From: an uncultured Alphaproteobacteria bacterium
Lineage (GTDB): Bacteria; Pseudomonadota; Alphaproteobacteria; Rhizobiales; Xanthobacteraceae
Reading direction: 5' to 3'
NCBI GenBank assembly: GCA_963781195.1
Contig: CAWAEZ010000016.1
Location: 40,523 to 104,522 of the forward strand
Length of the DNA: 64,000 nucleotides
The translations under genes were made by a program, and so were the position numbers. The notes under the pieces were generated by a model. That model searched no databases. It saw only the letters and a list, made by a program, of their open reading frames with translations, and was not told the DNA's origin. This document shows positions 55,473 to 64,000 of this stretch, one piece after another. Within the stretch, counting starts at the first letter, position 1; every line of letters starts with the position of its first letter.

Positions 55473-56618
55473 GTGAAATACTGGATCGACACCGAATTCA
55501 TCGAGCGACCCTGCACCATCGATCTGATCAGCATCGGCCTCGTCGCCGCGGACGGCCGGGAGTTCTATGCCGAAAGCAGCGAGGTCGACTGGTCGAAGGC
55601 CAGTCCGTGGACGTTGGAGAACGTGCGCCCCCAGCTCGATGGTGAGGGGATGCCGCGAGAGCACATCAGCTACGCCATTCGCCGTTTTACCGACGGGGAC
55701 GACGATCCCGTGTTCTGGGGATATTTTCCTGCCTACGATTGGGTGGCGTTCACTTGGCTGTTCGGCAGCATGGACGAGATGCCGTTCCACTTTCCGCAGC
55801 TCTGCCTCGACATCAAGCAATGGGCGATCGAACTCGGCGATCCGGAGTTGCCCCACCAGGTGGGCGCGAAGCATCACGCGCTGCTAGACGCCCGCTGGAC
55901 GCGGGACGCCTGGGCATTTCTGGCCGGGCTCGCCCCCGCGGCGGCGGAGCGGCGCCCGCACGGCAGAAAGAACCCAGACGCGCTCGCCACGGGCCGGGAT
56001 TTGAACCCCCAAACGGGACTGATCGGCGCATTTCGGATTTGGCGTCGCGAGGGGAAAGGGGAGCGCCTCTGGTCGGAGGCCCTTGACCCGGCCGCCATCC
56101 GTCGAGACGATCGAGTCTCGATCGCGGGCGCCGAAAGCGCGCGACGGTTTCGCAGGCAGCGCGGCCCGGGCCGCCGCGCCCCACGAAAAAAACCACGGGG
56201 AGAGACGCATGCGCAGGATATTCAAGGCCGCGTTCCTTGGGGCCACCTTGCTTGGAACCACCCTCACCGGCGGAACCGCACCCGCGCGGGCCGACAGCCT
56301 GAAGTACCCCGACTGGAAAGGCGAATGGGATTTCGCCGCGCCCCGGCTGCCCGGGCAGCGCGTCCGGTTCGATCCCAGCAAGTCGCCCGGCCGGGCCCAA
56401 GAAGCTCCGCTGACGCCGGAATACAAGAAAATCCACGAGGACAGCATGGCCGATCAGGCCAAGGGCGGACAGGGCAACATGATCGAGCACGCCCAGTGCA
56501 AGCCGGGCGGCATGCCGTTCATCATGGCGGCCGCGATCGTGGAATTCATCATCACGCCCGACACGACCTACATCGTGGCCGGCGCCGAGCTGCGACGCGT
56601 CTTCACCGACGGCCGTAA
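55473..56618 (+). CDS. Rv2179c-like 3'-5' exoribonuclease domain protein with an implausible run-on 3' end
   Basis: GTG start after a GAAGGGAGGG RBS. VKYWIDTEFIE...DLISIGLV...HHALLDARW fits the ~170-aa family. There is no stop until 56618, giving about 410 nt of overlap with the next gene. Confidence 0.65.
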   Translation: MKYWIDTEFIERPCTIDLISIGLVAADGREFYAESSEVDWSKASPWTLENVRPQLDGEGMPREHISYAIRRFTDGDDDPVFWGYFPAYDWVAFTWLFGSMDEMPFHFPQLCLDIKQWAIELGDPELPHQVGAKHHALLDARWTRDAWAFLAGLAPAAAERRPHGRKNPDALATGRDLNPQTGLIGAFRIWRREGKGERLWSEALDPAAIRRDDRVSIAGAESARRFRRQRGPGRRAPRKKPRGETHAQDIQGRVPWGHLAWNHPHRRNRTRAGRQPEVPRLERRMGFRRAPAARAARPVRSQQVARPGPRSSADAGIQENPRGQHGRSGQGRTGQHDRARPVQAGRHAVHHGGRDRGIHHHARHDLHRGRRRAATRLHRRP

Positions 56619-57078
56619 CTGGCCCACCGACAATCAACCCACCTATCAGGGCTTCTCGATGGGCCGGTGGCTCGACGAGAACGGCGACGGGACCGTCGAC
56701 ACGCTCGAAATCGAAACCCGCGGGCCGTTCAAGGGGCCGCGGGTCTACGACGCGACCGGGCTGCCGCTGCACGAGGACAACCAGTCGACCTTCAAGGAAC
56801 GCATCTTCCTCGACACGTCCGATCCGAACCTCATCCACGATGTCATCACCGTGTTCGACCATGCGCTGACCCGGCCATGGACCGTCGACAAGACGTTCCG
56901 GCGCAATCCGAATCCCCATCCGAACTGGGAGCAGACCTTCTGCACCGAAGGCAACAACCAGGTGGTGATCGGAAAGGACGCTTATTACATCAGCGGCGAC
57001 GGCATGATCATGCCGACGCAAAAGGATCAGCAGCCGCCGGACCTCCGCTATTTCAGTGCCAAGGCCCCGCAGAAATAG
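56209..57078 (+). CDS. secreted hypothetical protein
   Basis: Start at MRRIFKAAFLGATLLGTTLTGGTAPARA (signal peptide) after a GGGGAGAG RBS. The 289-aa body is well-composed. Confidence 0.65.
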   Translation: MRRIFKAAFLGATLLGTTLTGGTAPARADSLKYPDWKGEWDFAAPRLPGQRVRFDPSKSPGRAQEAPLTPEYKKIHEDSMADQAKGGQGNMIEHAQCKPGGMPFIMAAAIVEFIITPDTTYIVAGAELRRVFTDGRNWPTDNQPTYQGFSMGRWLDENGDGTVDTLEIETRGPFKGPRVYDATGLPLHEDNQSTFKERIFLDTSDPNLIHDVITVFDHALTRPWTVDKTFRRNPNPHPNWEQTFCTEGNNQVVIGKDAYYISGDGMIMPTQKDQQPPDLRYFSAKAPQK

Positions 57079-57140
57079 ACCTCGCGCCGCAGCGCCCCCC
57101 CTGCGACGCGGCTTACGGCGGCAAGGCGCGAGCGCGACGG

Positions 57141-57350
57141 CTAATGGTCGTCCTCGACGGTCGTGACGGCATCGCAGTTGCGGCACTCGAACGACCTCAC
57201 CGTGGGCCGTCCGCCGATCCCGGGCGTGACCGCGGCTAGCCGCATCGTCCCACCGCAATAGGGGCACGCCAGCACCCTCGCCGTGTCCTTGTCCATCATC
57301 ATGCCCGCCATGTGCGATAGACCTTGAATTTGCGCCGGTGCGGCGGTCAT
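57141..57350 (-). CDS. small zinc-ribbon protein
   Basis: CPYCGG...CRNC pair. The start is uncertain; the ORF opens at 57452. Confidence 0.4.
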   Translation of the reverse strand: MTAAPAQIQGLSHMAGMMMDKDTARVLACPYCGGTMRLAAVTPGIGGRPTVRSFECRNCDAVTTVEDDH

Positions 57351-57664
57351 GATGGCCGCTCCTCCACCGCCGCGATTTCGAGCCACCAGCGCTGGCTCAG
57401 CCGTTCCCGACCGACCACCGCCGTTGCCGTGATCTGCCGACGACGATCTCAAACGATCTTTTGGACGAACAACCCCGACCGGGGCTCAATATGAAGACAG
57501 AAGCATTTCCCGCGGCTGGTTCTAGAGGCGCCCGTCTGAACGGCGGGTGTCCGTCACGTTAAATTTCGGTAAGTGATCTTTGCCGCGATGCCACCGAGTC
57601 GTGCCACCGAGCCGCCCCTCGCTCAACAACCCCGATTCCCGCGATCACTGCCGGAGAAACCTGC

Positions 57665-58579
57665 ATGCTCATTCTGCCAAAGCACACCCGTTACGACTAT
57701 TCGGTCATCGGCGAGCGGCCGGATTACGCATGGCCGGGCGGGCGGCGGCTCGCAGTGTGCGTGACCACCAACATCGAGGTCTATGCCTATCGCAAGGGAA
57801 CCGGCTGGGACCCCGCCAAGAAGGGAGAGCCGCAGCAGCAGCGCAACTACGCGTGGCGCGACTATGGAAATCGCGTCGGCATCTGGCGGTTCTTCGACCT
57901 GTTCGAAGAGCTCCGCGTACCGGCGGCGCACAACATCAATTCGCTGCTCTACGAGTATCACCCGCAGATCTGCGATCGCATCCGCGCCCGCGGCGACGAG
58001 GTGGTGGGGCACGGCCGCAGCAATGCGGAACGCCAAGGCGACCTGTGGGAGCTCGACGAGCGCCGCCTGATCGACGACGCCACCCAGGAGATCACCCGCC
58101 GCGAGGGACGCCCGCCCAAGGGCTGGATGGGCCCCGCCGCTTCGGAAAGCAACGTCACGCCGGACCTTCTCAAGGAGGCCGGCTATAAATACGTGATGGA
58201 CTGGCCGGCAGACGACCAGCCGTTCTGGCTGAAAACCCGCTCCGGCCCCCTGCTGTCGGTGCCGTATCCGGCCGAGCTCAACGACTCCGCCGCGATCATC
58301 CATCGCGAAGGGACCGCGCGGGATTTCGCCGACATGATCGTCGACGGCTTCGGCGAGATGATCGCGCAGTGCGAGAAGCAGCCGCTGGTGATGACGATTT
58401 CGCTGCACCCCTTCGTGATGGGACAGCCGTTTCGCCTTCCGGCGCTGCGCAAGGCCTTGAAGGCGTGTCTCGCGCATCCCCTGGGCGACCGGGCGTGGTG
58501 GACGACGCCGGGCGCCATATCGGACGTCTGCTACGCCATGCCGCCCGGCATCATCCCAGGCGACGGTCCGCAGCAGTGA
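57665..58579 (+). CDS. polysaccharide deacetylase / PuuE-like family protein
   Basis: 304 aa with a NodB-like fold signature (NIEVY..., GHGRSN, ISLHPF). Confidence 0.8.
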   Translation: MLILPKHTRYDYSVIGERPDYAWPGGRRLAVCVTTNIEVYAYRKGTGWDPAKKGEPQQQRNYAWRDYGNRVGIWRFFDLFEELRVPAAHNINSLLYEYHPQICDRIRARGDEVVGHGRSNAERQGDLWELDERRLIDDATQEITRREGRPPKGWMGPAASESNVTPDLLKEAGYKYVMDWPADDQPFWLKTRSGPLLSVPYPAELNDSAAIIHREGTARDFADMIVDGFGEMIAQCEKQPLVMTISLHPFVMGQPFRLPALRKALKACLAHPLGDRAWWTTPGAISDVCYAMPPGIIPGDGPQQ

Positions 58580-58712
58580 TGCGGCCTATGCCGGCGCAGC
58601 GTCCGGCGCGACCCGCTGCCCGGCACTCTGCTCCCCCGTCCCGCTTCGGGGAAGAAGGTCGGGGGTGAGGGGAGCGTTTCCGCACGCCGGTGCGGTTTCG
58701 CGGTCCGTGTCC

Positions 58713-59732
58713 TCAGTCAAGGCTGACGCCGCTGGCGCGGATGATCACGCCCCACTTCTTGATTTCGCTCGCGACGAATTGCCGGAGGTATTCCGGCGAA
58801 CGGCGCTCGGGCGTGACGACGGTGACGCCGACGCCTTTGAGGCGCTCCTGGACGATCGGCGTGTCCAGCGTCGCGAGCGCGGCCTGATGCAACTTTGCGA
58901 CGATCGGAGCGGGCGTGCCTTTCGGCACGAACAGCGCGCTCCAGAAATTCGAATCGAGATCGACGACCCCCTGCTCGGTCGTGCTGGGGATCGACGGGAA
59001 CAGCGGGGAGCGAGCACCGGCCATCACCGCCAAAGGCTTCATCGTCTTGCTCCCGAGCTGGGGCATGGCCGCCGCGGCGAGCGCACAGAAAAAATCGATC
59101 CGCCCCGCGATGAGGTCCTGCATCGCCGGCGGCGAGCCGCGATAGGGAACATGGGTCACGGTCGCGCCGATCGACGCATTGAATTGCGCGCAGGCGAGAT
59201 GCGAGCCGGAGCCGACCCCGGCGGAGCCGTACTGCATGCGCTCCTGGTTCGCCCGGGTATAGGCGACGAACTCCTTGAGGTCGGTCACCGGCAGCTCGTT
59301 GCGCACCACCAGCACCAGCGGCTGCTCGACCATGAGCGCAACCGGCTCGAAGTCCGCCTCGGCGTTGTACAACGGCTTCTTATAGAGAGTCTGGCTCTGG
59401 GCGAACGTGTCGATGCCGCCGAGCACGATCTGATAGCCGTCCGGTGCGGCCTTGGCGACGCGGGCGACCCCGGTCATGCCGCCGGCGCCTCCGACATTCT
59501 CGACGATCACCTGATGGCCGAGCAGTTCGGAGAGACGAGCGCCGAGAATGCGGCCCACGGTGTCCGACGCGCTGCCGGCGGCGAACGGGATGACCATGGT
59601 GACCGGCCGCGTCGGCCACTCCTGGGCCCTCGCCGGCTGCGGCGTGGCTGACAGCAGCACTGCCGCCAAAGGGAACGCGGTGAAGGCCGCGAGGAAACCG
59701 CGCAAAAACCGAGGCGAGAGCATTTCTGTCAT
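58713..59732 (-). CDS. Bug/TctC-family substrate-binding protein
   Basis: Signal peptide, WPTRPVTMVIPFAAGSASD, and the family length. Confidence 0.85.
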   Translation of the reverse strand: MTEMLSPRFLRGFLAAFTAFPLAAVLLSATPQPARAQEWPTRPVTMVIPFAAGSASDTVGRILGARLSELLGHQVIVENVGGAGGMTGVARVAKAAPDGYQIVLGGIDTFAQSQTLYKKPLYNAEADFEPVALMVEQPLVLVVRNELPVTDLKEFVAYTRANQERMQYGSAGVGSGSHLACAQFNASIGATVTHVPYRGSPPAMQDLIAGRIDFFCALAAAAMPQLGSKTMKPLAVMAGARSPLFPSIPSTTEQGVVDLDSNFWSALFVPKGTPAPIVAKLHQAALATLDTPIVQERLKGVGVTVVTPERRSPEYLRQFVASEIKKWGVIIRASGVSLD

Positions 59733-59905
59733 GCCGCTTCCATTTGATCGGGGAACGCTGCGCCCGAGCCTTCTCCAGAACGAAGAGAGGTTCGCCCGCG
59801 CGGCTCACCCTATAGCGGCAACCGTTGTATGCAACCGTTGTCCCACATCGACTTTTGTCTCACGCCCGCGAAAGTGTCGCGCCATCCGCGCGCCAAACAC
59901 GCAGG

Positions 59906-60112
59906 TCACGTACGCGCTTCGGCACGATCGAGGCTCGATCGCTTGAGCTCCTGGAGCCACTGGAGCGATTTGCGTTCCCGGACCAGTGCCTGCAATTCTC
60001 TCGTGTGAGCCGCGAGGCAGCCGTCGTCGCAGAAGGCGATCGTGCCGCCGAAGGTCGGCAAACGCCGGAACGTCCAGCTGCGCGTCGCGGCACCACAGTA
60101 ATGACAGATCAT
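59906..60112 (-). CDS. small Cys-rich hypothetical protein
   Basis: MICHYCGA...FCDDGC. Only the last 68 codons of the ORF look coding. Confidence 0.35.
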   Translation of the reverse strand: MICHYCGAATRSWTFRRLPTFGGTIAFCDDGCLAAHTRELQALVRERKSLQWLQELKRSSLDRAEART

Positions 60113-60301
60113 ATCCTGCCTCCGCTCGAGGCGTTTCGGTGTAACCCCCTGACCGAATGGAAAATTCCGCGGAGCGACAATGGTTCCGCGGCCCGCCCTG
60201 GCGGTGATGCGGCGCGACGACCAGCGCCGGCGGCGCGGTTGTCGTTTTGGCAGAATGCCGCTCTCATGTAGAAAAGAGCGATCAGGAGAAAAGGCACGAG
60301 G

Positions 60302-60901
60302 ATGCAAGCGGACCATGGCGCCGAAGACGCCGCCGACATCGTTCATGAGATCAGCGTTGGAAGAAAGCTCAAGCACGCTCGGCTGCTGCGGAGCCTGACG
60401 CTAAAGCAGCTGTCCGATGCGGCCGGCTGCTCGGAATCGCTCCTCTCGAAGATCGAGAACGGCAAGACAAATCCATCGCTGCGCATGGTCCACCGCCTGG
60501 CGTCGGCGCTGGACACCACCGTCGCGACCTTGTTCGAACAGGATGGAGACCCGCTCGACGTCGTTCAAAAGCGCGGCACCCGGCCGTTCATCGAAACCGA
60601 ACGGGGGTTGGGCGGACGCGGGGTGAAGCTCGAGTCGTTGATCCCGACCCGCGGCTACTTGTTGTCGGGCTTCATCAATCACATCGAAGCCGGCGGCGGC
60701 AGCGAGGGCGACGTCCAGCACGATGGCGAGGAATTCGGCTACGTGCTCGAGGGGAAGATCGAGCTCAACGTCGACGGCACACGCTATCTGGTCGGCCCGG
60801 GCGACAGCTTCTCGTTTCGGTCCGACCGCAAGCATTCCTACCGAAATTCCGGCCCCAGCGTTGCCCGCGTGTTGTGGATCAACACCCCTCCGACGTTTTG
60901 A
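60302..60901 (+). CDS. XRE-family HTH regulator with C-terminal cupin domain
   Basis: HTH_3 motif (LTLKQLSDAAGCSESLLSKIENGK) plus a cupin domain (GEEFGYVLEG...GDSFSF). Confidence 0.85.
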   Translation: MQADHGAEDAADIVHEISVGRKLKHARLLRSLTLKQLSDAAGCSESLLSKIENGKTNPSLRMVHRLASALDTTVATLFEQDGDPLDVVQKRGTRPFIETERGLGGRGVKLESLIPTRGYLLSGFINHIEAGGGSEGDVQHDGEEFGYVLEGKIELNVDGTRYLVGPGDSFSFRSDRKHSYRNSGPSVARVLWINTPPTF

Positions 60902-61190
60902 CCTCTGCTGATTTTTTGGTCCATCCAGGATCGGCTTGCCCGGAAATACCTCAGTTTCTTTACTAACAGGAAAGCTTCTTGAACCAGCGCGCCGCGCGCG
61001 ACGCCAGGGCAAAGGGCACCTCCGGATTTTCATAAGCTGATGATAATATTGACTTTTATCTGTAAATTCAAAGGTGGCGGCCCTCTTCAGCGGGCGTATT
61101 CTGCCGCAATCCGAAGCCCGCTCAAGAAAGTATCTTGTCCCGCAGTAAAGCCCTGATAACATTTGTGGGGGCGACCCCCCGGAGCCACCC

Positions 61191-61658
61191 GTGACATCCG
61201 AGACCGAGAGCTTCGCCAAACCGCTGTCTCGCTATGCGCCGTTCCGCAGGGCCGGTGACCTCGTCTTTTTTGCCGGCATCATCGCCGCTGACCCGGGCGC
61301 CGGGAAGGTGATCACAGGTTACGCGGATCTTCCGCCGGAGATGCGAAAGCTCGCCGGCGAGACCGGCGAAATGTCCACCGACATGAAGGAAGGTCCGATC
61401 GCTGCGCAGTCCTGGTACATCCTCGATGCGTTGCGGCGAACCGTGCAGGCCGCCGGCGGCACGCTCGAGGACGTGGTGAAGCTCACGCAGTACTTTCGCG
61501 ATCTGCGCGACTTTCCGATCTACAACCGCATCAGGTCGCAGTTCTTCGCGGAGCCTCCGGCAAGCACCGTCGTGCAAGTGTCTGCGCTCCTGCCGACGTC
61601 CGACTCGCTGCTCGAAGTGGACGCCACCGCCTACATTCCGCTCAAAGGCCGGACCTGA
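61191..61658 (+). CDS. RidA/YjgF-family protein
   Basis: 155 aa with a GTG start and a YjgF-like core (VKLTQYFRDLRDF, VVQVSALL, LEVDA). Confidence 0.8.
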   Translation: MTSETESFAKPLSRYAPFRRAGDLVFFAGIIAADPGAGKVITGYADLPPEMRKLAGETGEMSTDMKEGPIAAQSWYILDALRRTVQAAGGTLEDVVKLTQYFRDLRDFPIYNRIRSQFFAEPPASTVVQVSALLPTSDSLLEVDATAYIPLKGRT

Positions 61659-61859
61659 CCGCGCGTCGAATTCGGCACGGTGCTTGCCTGAAATGGACGG
61701 CGCGCGAAAGGAGAAACGAGCGATGGCGCCGATGTCCCAAGCTTCGCGTCCGCAGTTTTCGAGCCGGCGACGCGGCGCGCGGCGCGCCCGGTCGGACGGA
61801 CGCGCATGCCTGGACGCTGCGTTCCGAACCGGTGACAGTCCACGACATGAGCGCGTCGG

Positions 61860-63419
61860 ATGAGCGTCATTCCCACCCTCGCCGGTGACGCCGCAGCAAT
61901 TCCGGTGCTGGCCGTCGAGAACATCGTCAAGGCCTATCCGGGCGTGCGCGCGCTGCGCGACGTTTCGTTCGACCTGCGCCCCGGCGAGGTCCACGCCCTG
62001 ATCGGGGAAAACGGCGCCGGAAAATCGACCCTGATCCGCGTGCTTTCAGGCGACGTTCGCCCGGACGCGGGGACCGTCAGGATGGGGGGCGAGGCCGTGA
62101 GTTTCGCCGGACCCGGCGAGGCGCGCCGCCGCGGCATCGTGGCGATCTTCCAGGAATTGATGATCGTCGGCGAGCTCAGCGTCGCCGAGAACGTGTTTCT
62201 CGGCAACGAACCAGGACCTGCGGGCCTGTATTCGCGCCGCCAGGCGGAACGTCGGACGGCGGACATCCTGGCGCGACTCGCCGGCGACCTCGACATCGAT
62301 CCGGCCGAACCGGCCGCGCGGCTTTCAACCGCCCAGAAGCAGATCGTCGAGATTGCCCGGGCCCTCGTCCGGCGCGCGCCCGTGCTGATCATGGATGAGC
62401 CGACGGCCGCGCTCTCCGACAAGGAAGCGGCGGCGCTGCTGCGCATCGTGCGCCAGCTGCGCGACGAAGGCACCGCAATTGTGTTCATTTCCCACCGGCT
62501 CGACGAGGTTCGCGGCATCGCCGACCGCATTACCGTGCTGCGCGGCGGGGAACGGATCGCGACTCTCGATGCATCGACCGTGTCCGACACCCATGCGCTG
62601 ATCGAGCTGATGGTCGGCCGGCCGATGTCGGAGCTGTTTCCGCCCCGCAACACGAAGCTTGGAGACGTGGTGCTCGAAGTCCGCGACCTCGGCCGCAAGG
62701 GCGCGTTCGCGGACATCGCCTTCGATCTCCGGGCCGGAGAAGTGCTCGGCCTTGCCGGCCTTGTCGGCGCCGGCCGCACCGAGACCATGCGCGCGATCTT
62801 CGGAGCGGATCCGCGCGACACCGGCACCGTTTCCAAACGCGGGCGCCGGCTGCGGATCCGCAATCCGCGCGAGGCCATCGCCGCGGGCATCGCCTATCTG
62901 CCGGAGGACCGCAAGGAGCACGGGCTGATCCTCTCCCTGTCGGGCACCGAGAACGTCGCGATGGCTTCGCTGGAACGCCATGGCGCCTTCGGCCTGGTAT
63001 CCTGGAGGAAAATGCGCCAGGCGGCGCGTTCCGTGGCCGAGGACCTGCGGTTCCGCGGCCGGCTCGGCGATCCTGCGCGCGCCGCCTCCGGCGGGAACCA
63101 GCAGAAGCTCGTCATCGGGAAGTGGGTGCTCACCGGCGCAGACATCCTCATTTTCGACGAGCCGACCCGCGGCATCGATATCGCGGCGAAAGCGGAAGTG
63201 TACCGGCTCATCCATCAACTCGCCGCGCAGGGCGCCGGGATCATCCTGGTGTCGTCGGAGCTGCCGGAGCTGACGAACGTCTGCCACCGGATTCTGGTGA
63301 TGTCCGGCGGTCGCATCTGCGACGAACTCGCGCAGGAGGAGTTCTCGGAACAGCGGATCCTCTCGGCGGCGTTCGCGGCCCATATGGGCGCGCGCGCCGA
63401 TGCTGTCGGGGCCGCCTGA
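61860..63419 (+). CDS. sugar-type ABC transporter ATP-binding protein (two fused NBDs)
   Basis: Walker A GENGAGKST, two signature/Walker B sets, RbsA/MglA-like length. Confidence 0.9.
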   Translation: MSVIPTLAGDAAAIPVLAVENIVKAYPGVRALRDVSFDLRPGEVHALIGENGAGKSTLIRVLSGDVRPDAGTVRMGGEAVSFAGPGEARRRGIVAIFQELMIVGELSVAENVFLGNEPGPAGLYSRRQAERRTADILARLAGDLDIDPAEPAARLSTAQKQIVEIARALVRRAPVLIMDEPTAALSDKEAAALLRIVRQLRDEGTAIVFISHRLDEVRGIADRITVLRGGERIATLDASTVSDTHALIELMVGRPMSELFPPRNTKLGDVVLEVRDLGRKGAFADIAFDLRAGEVLGLAGLVGAGRTETMRAIFGADPRDTGTVSKRGRRLRIRNPREAIAAGIAYLPEDRKEHGLILSLSGTENVAMASLERHGAFGLVSWRKMRQAARSVAEDLRFRGRLGDPARAASGGNQQKLVIGKWVLTGADILIFDEPTRGIDIAAKAEVYRLIHQLAAQGAGIILVSSELPELTNVCHRILVMSGGRICDELAQEEFSEQRILSAAFAAHMGARADAVGAA

Positions 63420-64000
63420 TGCTGCAACCGCCGCTTCCCAGGACGCAGACGGCCGAGGAAGCGCGCGCGCGGCGATTGGACATGCTGCGTCATTACGTTC
63501 GCCAGGTCGGCCTTCCGCTCGTCGTGCTCGCGCTCGTCGTGCTGTTCGCGTCGACGTCGGACGTATTCTTCTCGATCCAGAACTTCCGCAACATCGGGGT
63601 CGCCGCGGCGGCGCTCGCCGCTGTCTCGTTCGGGCAGACCTTTGCCATCCTGACCGCCGGCCTCGATCTCTCGGTCGGGTCGACGGTCGCCCTCGTGAGC
63701 ATCGTCGGCGCGTTCGCGATGCGCAATTACGGAATCGGCGCCGGCGTTCTCGCGGCGCTCGGCTGCGGGGCGGCCGCGGGTCTCGTCAACGGCGTGGTGA
63801 TCACCCGGCTCAAGGTGTTTCCCTTCATCGCGACGCTCGCGACCCTTTCCATCTTTTCCGGCCTCGCGCTCATTCTGAGCGGCGGCGTTCCCGTGGCCGG
63901 GATTCCACCGGCTTTTTCCGATCTCGCCTACGAGCTCATCCTCGGAGTTCCAGTGCCGGTGGTGATCGCGGCCTTGGTCCTCCTCGTCTCGCACCTCATC
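63419..64000 (+). CDS. ABC transporter permease (RbsC/branched-sugar type), 3' end beyond window
   Basis: The ATG overlaps the ATPase stop. The open frame runs to the window end with multiple TM segments (GQTFAILTAGLDLSVGS). Confidence 0.8.
   Translation, partial: MLQPPLPRTQTAEEARARRLDMLRHYVRQVGLPLVVLALVVLFASTSDVFFSIQNFRNIGVAAAALAAVSFGQTFAILTAGLDLSVGSTVALVSIVGAFAMRNYGIGAGVLAALGCGAAAGLVNGVVITRLKVFPFIATLATLSIFSGLALILSGGVPVAGIPPAFSDLAYELILGVPVPVVIAALVLLVSHLI

Noticed and set aside
55985-56075. tRNA-like signal on the minus strand (GGGGGTTCAAATCCCGGCC, the T-arm consensus).
   Set aside because: I could not build a cloverleaf. The T-stem has two mismatches, and there is no matching acceptor or anticodon arm and no CCA. 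At most it is a tRNA-derived relic.
57573-57664. The short direct repeat TGCCACCGAG x2 and the GTGATC…GATCAC pair upstream of the deacetylase gene.
   Set aside because: They are too short and too widely spaced to distinguish from chance without comparative data.
60902-61190. The AT-rich intergenic patch upstream of the RidA-ABC genes, considered as a promoter or operator for the XRE-cupin regulator.
   Set aside because: This is a plausible location, but I could not find a convincing -35/-10 pair or inverted repeat by eye.

Overview
High-GC chromosomal segment whose gene content looks alphaproteobacterial, Hyphomicrobiales/Bradyrhizobiaceae-like. This is inferred from pntAA-pntAB-pntB preceded by an aa3-subunit-IV-like gene, purEK, paired DUF465 genes and several Bug/TctC binding proteins. 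All family calls come from reading the translations and recalling motifs; no search, GC calculation or RNA folding was run. About 60 genes are supportable.

Backbone content:
- an LdtD-like L,D-transpeptidase next to a DUF882/MepK-like peptidase
- two sigma-54 enhancer-binding response regulators, one with its histidine kinase
- a PepF-type M3 peptidase
- an AbrB-type antitoxin / Doc toxin pair
- an ABC1 kinase
- transhydrogenase
- ribosomal protein S21
- a GluR0-type ligand-gated K+ channel
- two acyl-CoA synthetases
- a catabolic locus at the right end: deacetylase, Bug binding protein, XRE-cupin regulator, RidA and a sugar-type ABC transporter

Accessory content:
- tRNA-Thr(CGU) lies at 42460-42535. 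Its 3' 45 nt plus several hundred bp of flank are repeated at 49795-50275. The repeats bracket about 7.3 kb of visibly more AT-rich, partly decayed DNA with no integrase.
- Directly beyond the second repeat is the most unusual locus. It is an operon of an NPPY methyltransferase, a heme-oxygenase-like diiron enzyme and a PurD-like ATP-grasp ligase, facing two small SET-domain genes (50.3-54.5 kb).
- A strongly AT-rich ~0.75 kb module with an R-x4-H (HEPN-like) motif is fused in frame to the 3' end of an acyl-CoA synthetase. It is bracketed by a 27-nt direct repeat of synthetase sequence.
- A five-to-six-copy 23-bp palindrome-containing tandem repeat sits upstream of the kinase operon.
- A near-consensus sigma-54 promoter precedes a secreted repeat protein.
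- A hairpin cluster with poly-C loops adjoins a bidirectional terminator.

Several otherwise intact genes need a 1-nt frame change or lack a plausible stop. This points to assembly indels or real pseudogenisation.
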